18,653 nt of DNA, from contig NW_021824466.1 in the NCBI RefSeq assembly GCF_006345805.1, positions 1-18,653 on the forward strand, in the 5' to 3' direction. The translations under genes and the position numbers were made by a program. The stretch comes from Octopus sinensis. Its lineage: Eukaryota. This document shows, piece after piece, positions 18,400-18,653 of the stretch; positions within the stretch are counted from its first letter, which is position 1; each line of letters opens with the position of its first letter. The notes beneath the pieces were generated by a model. That model was not told the origin of the DNA and did no database searches. It saw nothing but the letters and a program-made list of their open reading frames with translations.

Positions 18400-18653
18400 T
18401 TGAAATTTTATTTTAATTCTCTCGCAGGAAGGCCTATTGGATTAGTGTTCTGTTATGCCTTCGAAACATGCCTGACTCCTCTAGCGACAGCTGATGACGG
18501 GGGTTTTGTCCTTGTGTAACCTGTCCTGTATTTGGTTTTCGTTTTCCGTTTTCTTGTTTTTTGTTTTTTGGCTTTTTCTGTTTCTACGTCTTATTGTGAT
18601 GTCCTGTACTTCCGTATAATTATTTATATATGCATGTATATATACATGTAGAT
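18400..18653 (+). mobile_element. Possible PLE-like terminal remnant with hammerhead half-motifs
   Basis: GAAGGC..GCCTTC hairpin followed by GAAACATG (18463), then CTGATGA (18491). Weak. Confidence 0.3.

Overview
Repeat-dense, AT-rich eukaryotic DNA. The SINE families look like those I recall from octopus, so a cephalopod source is an inference. No intact host gene is evident; most listed ORFs are microsatellite read-throughs or antisense shadows. Main contents: (1) a ~4 kb L1/Tx1-like LINE (10777-14822) between two same-strand (TCTA)n arrays, with an ORF1 carrying a CCHC knuckle and an ORF2 in which the APE endonuclease is fused in-frame to the C-terminal zinc-finger region with no reverse transcriptase domain; (2) Penelope-like (PLE) remnants, one with a GIY-YIG endonuclease relic, and hammerhead-ribozyme motifs at three loci: a catalytically complete one at 4617-4706 inside a 90-bp inverted repeat, a mirror pair in the arms of a 467-bp palindrome (5490-5956), and a degenerate minimal one at 1124-1160; (3) an RTE LINE 3' fragment with a mosaic 158-bp triplication; (4) a decayed mariner, a pogo-like relic, a Helitron-like element, many tRNA-derived SINEs of three families (two with clear TSDs, one tandem array, one split by an inversion), a duplicated Pro/Gly-type (CCA)n minisatellite and many microsatellites. 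All alignments and folds were done by eye; no searches were run.
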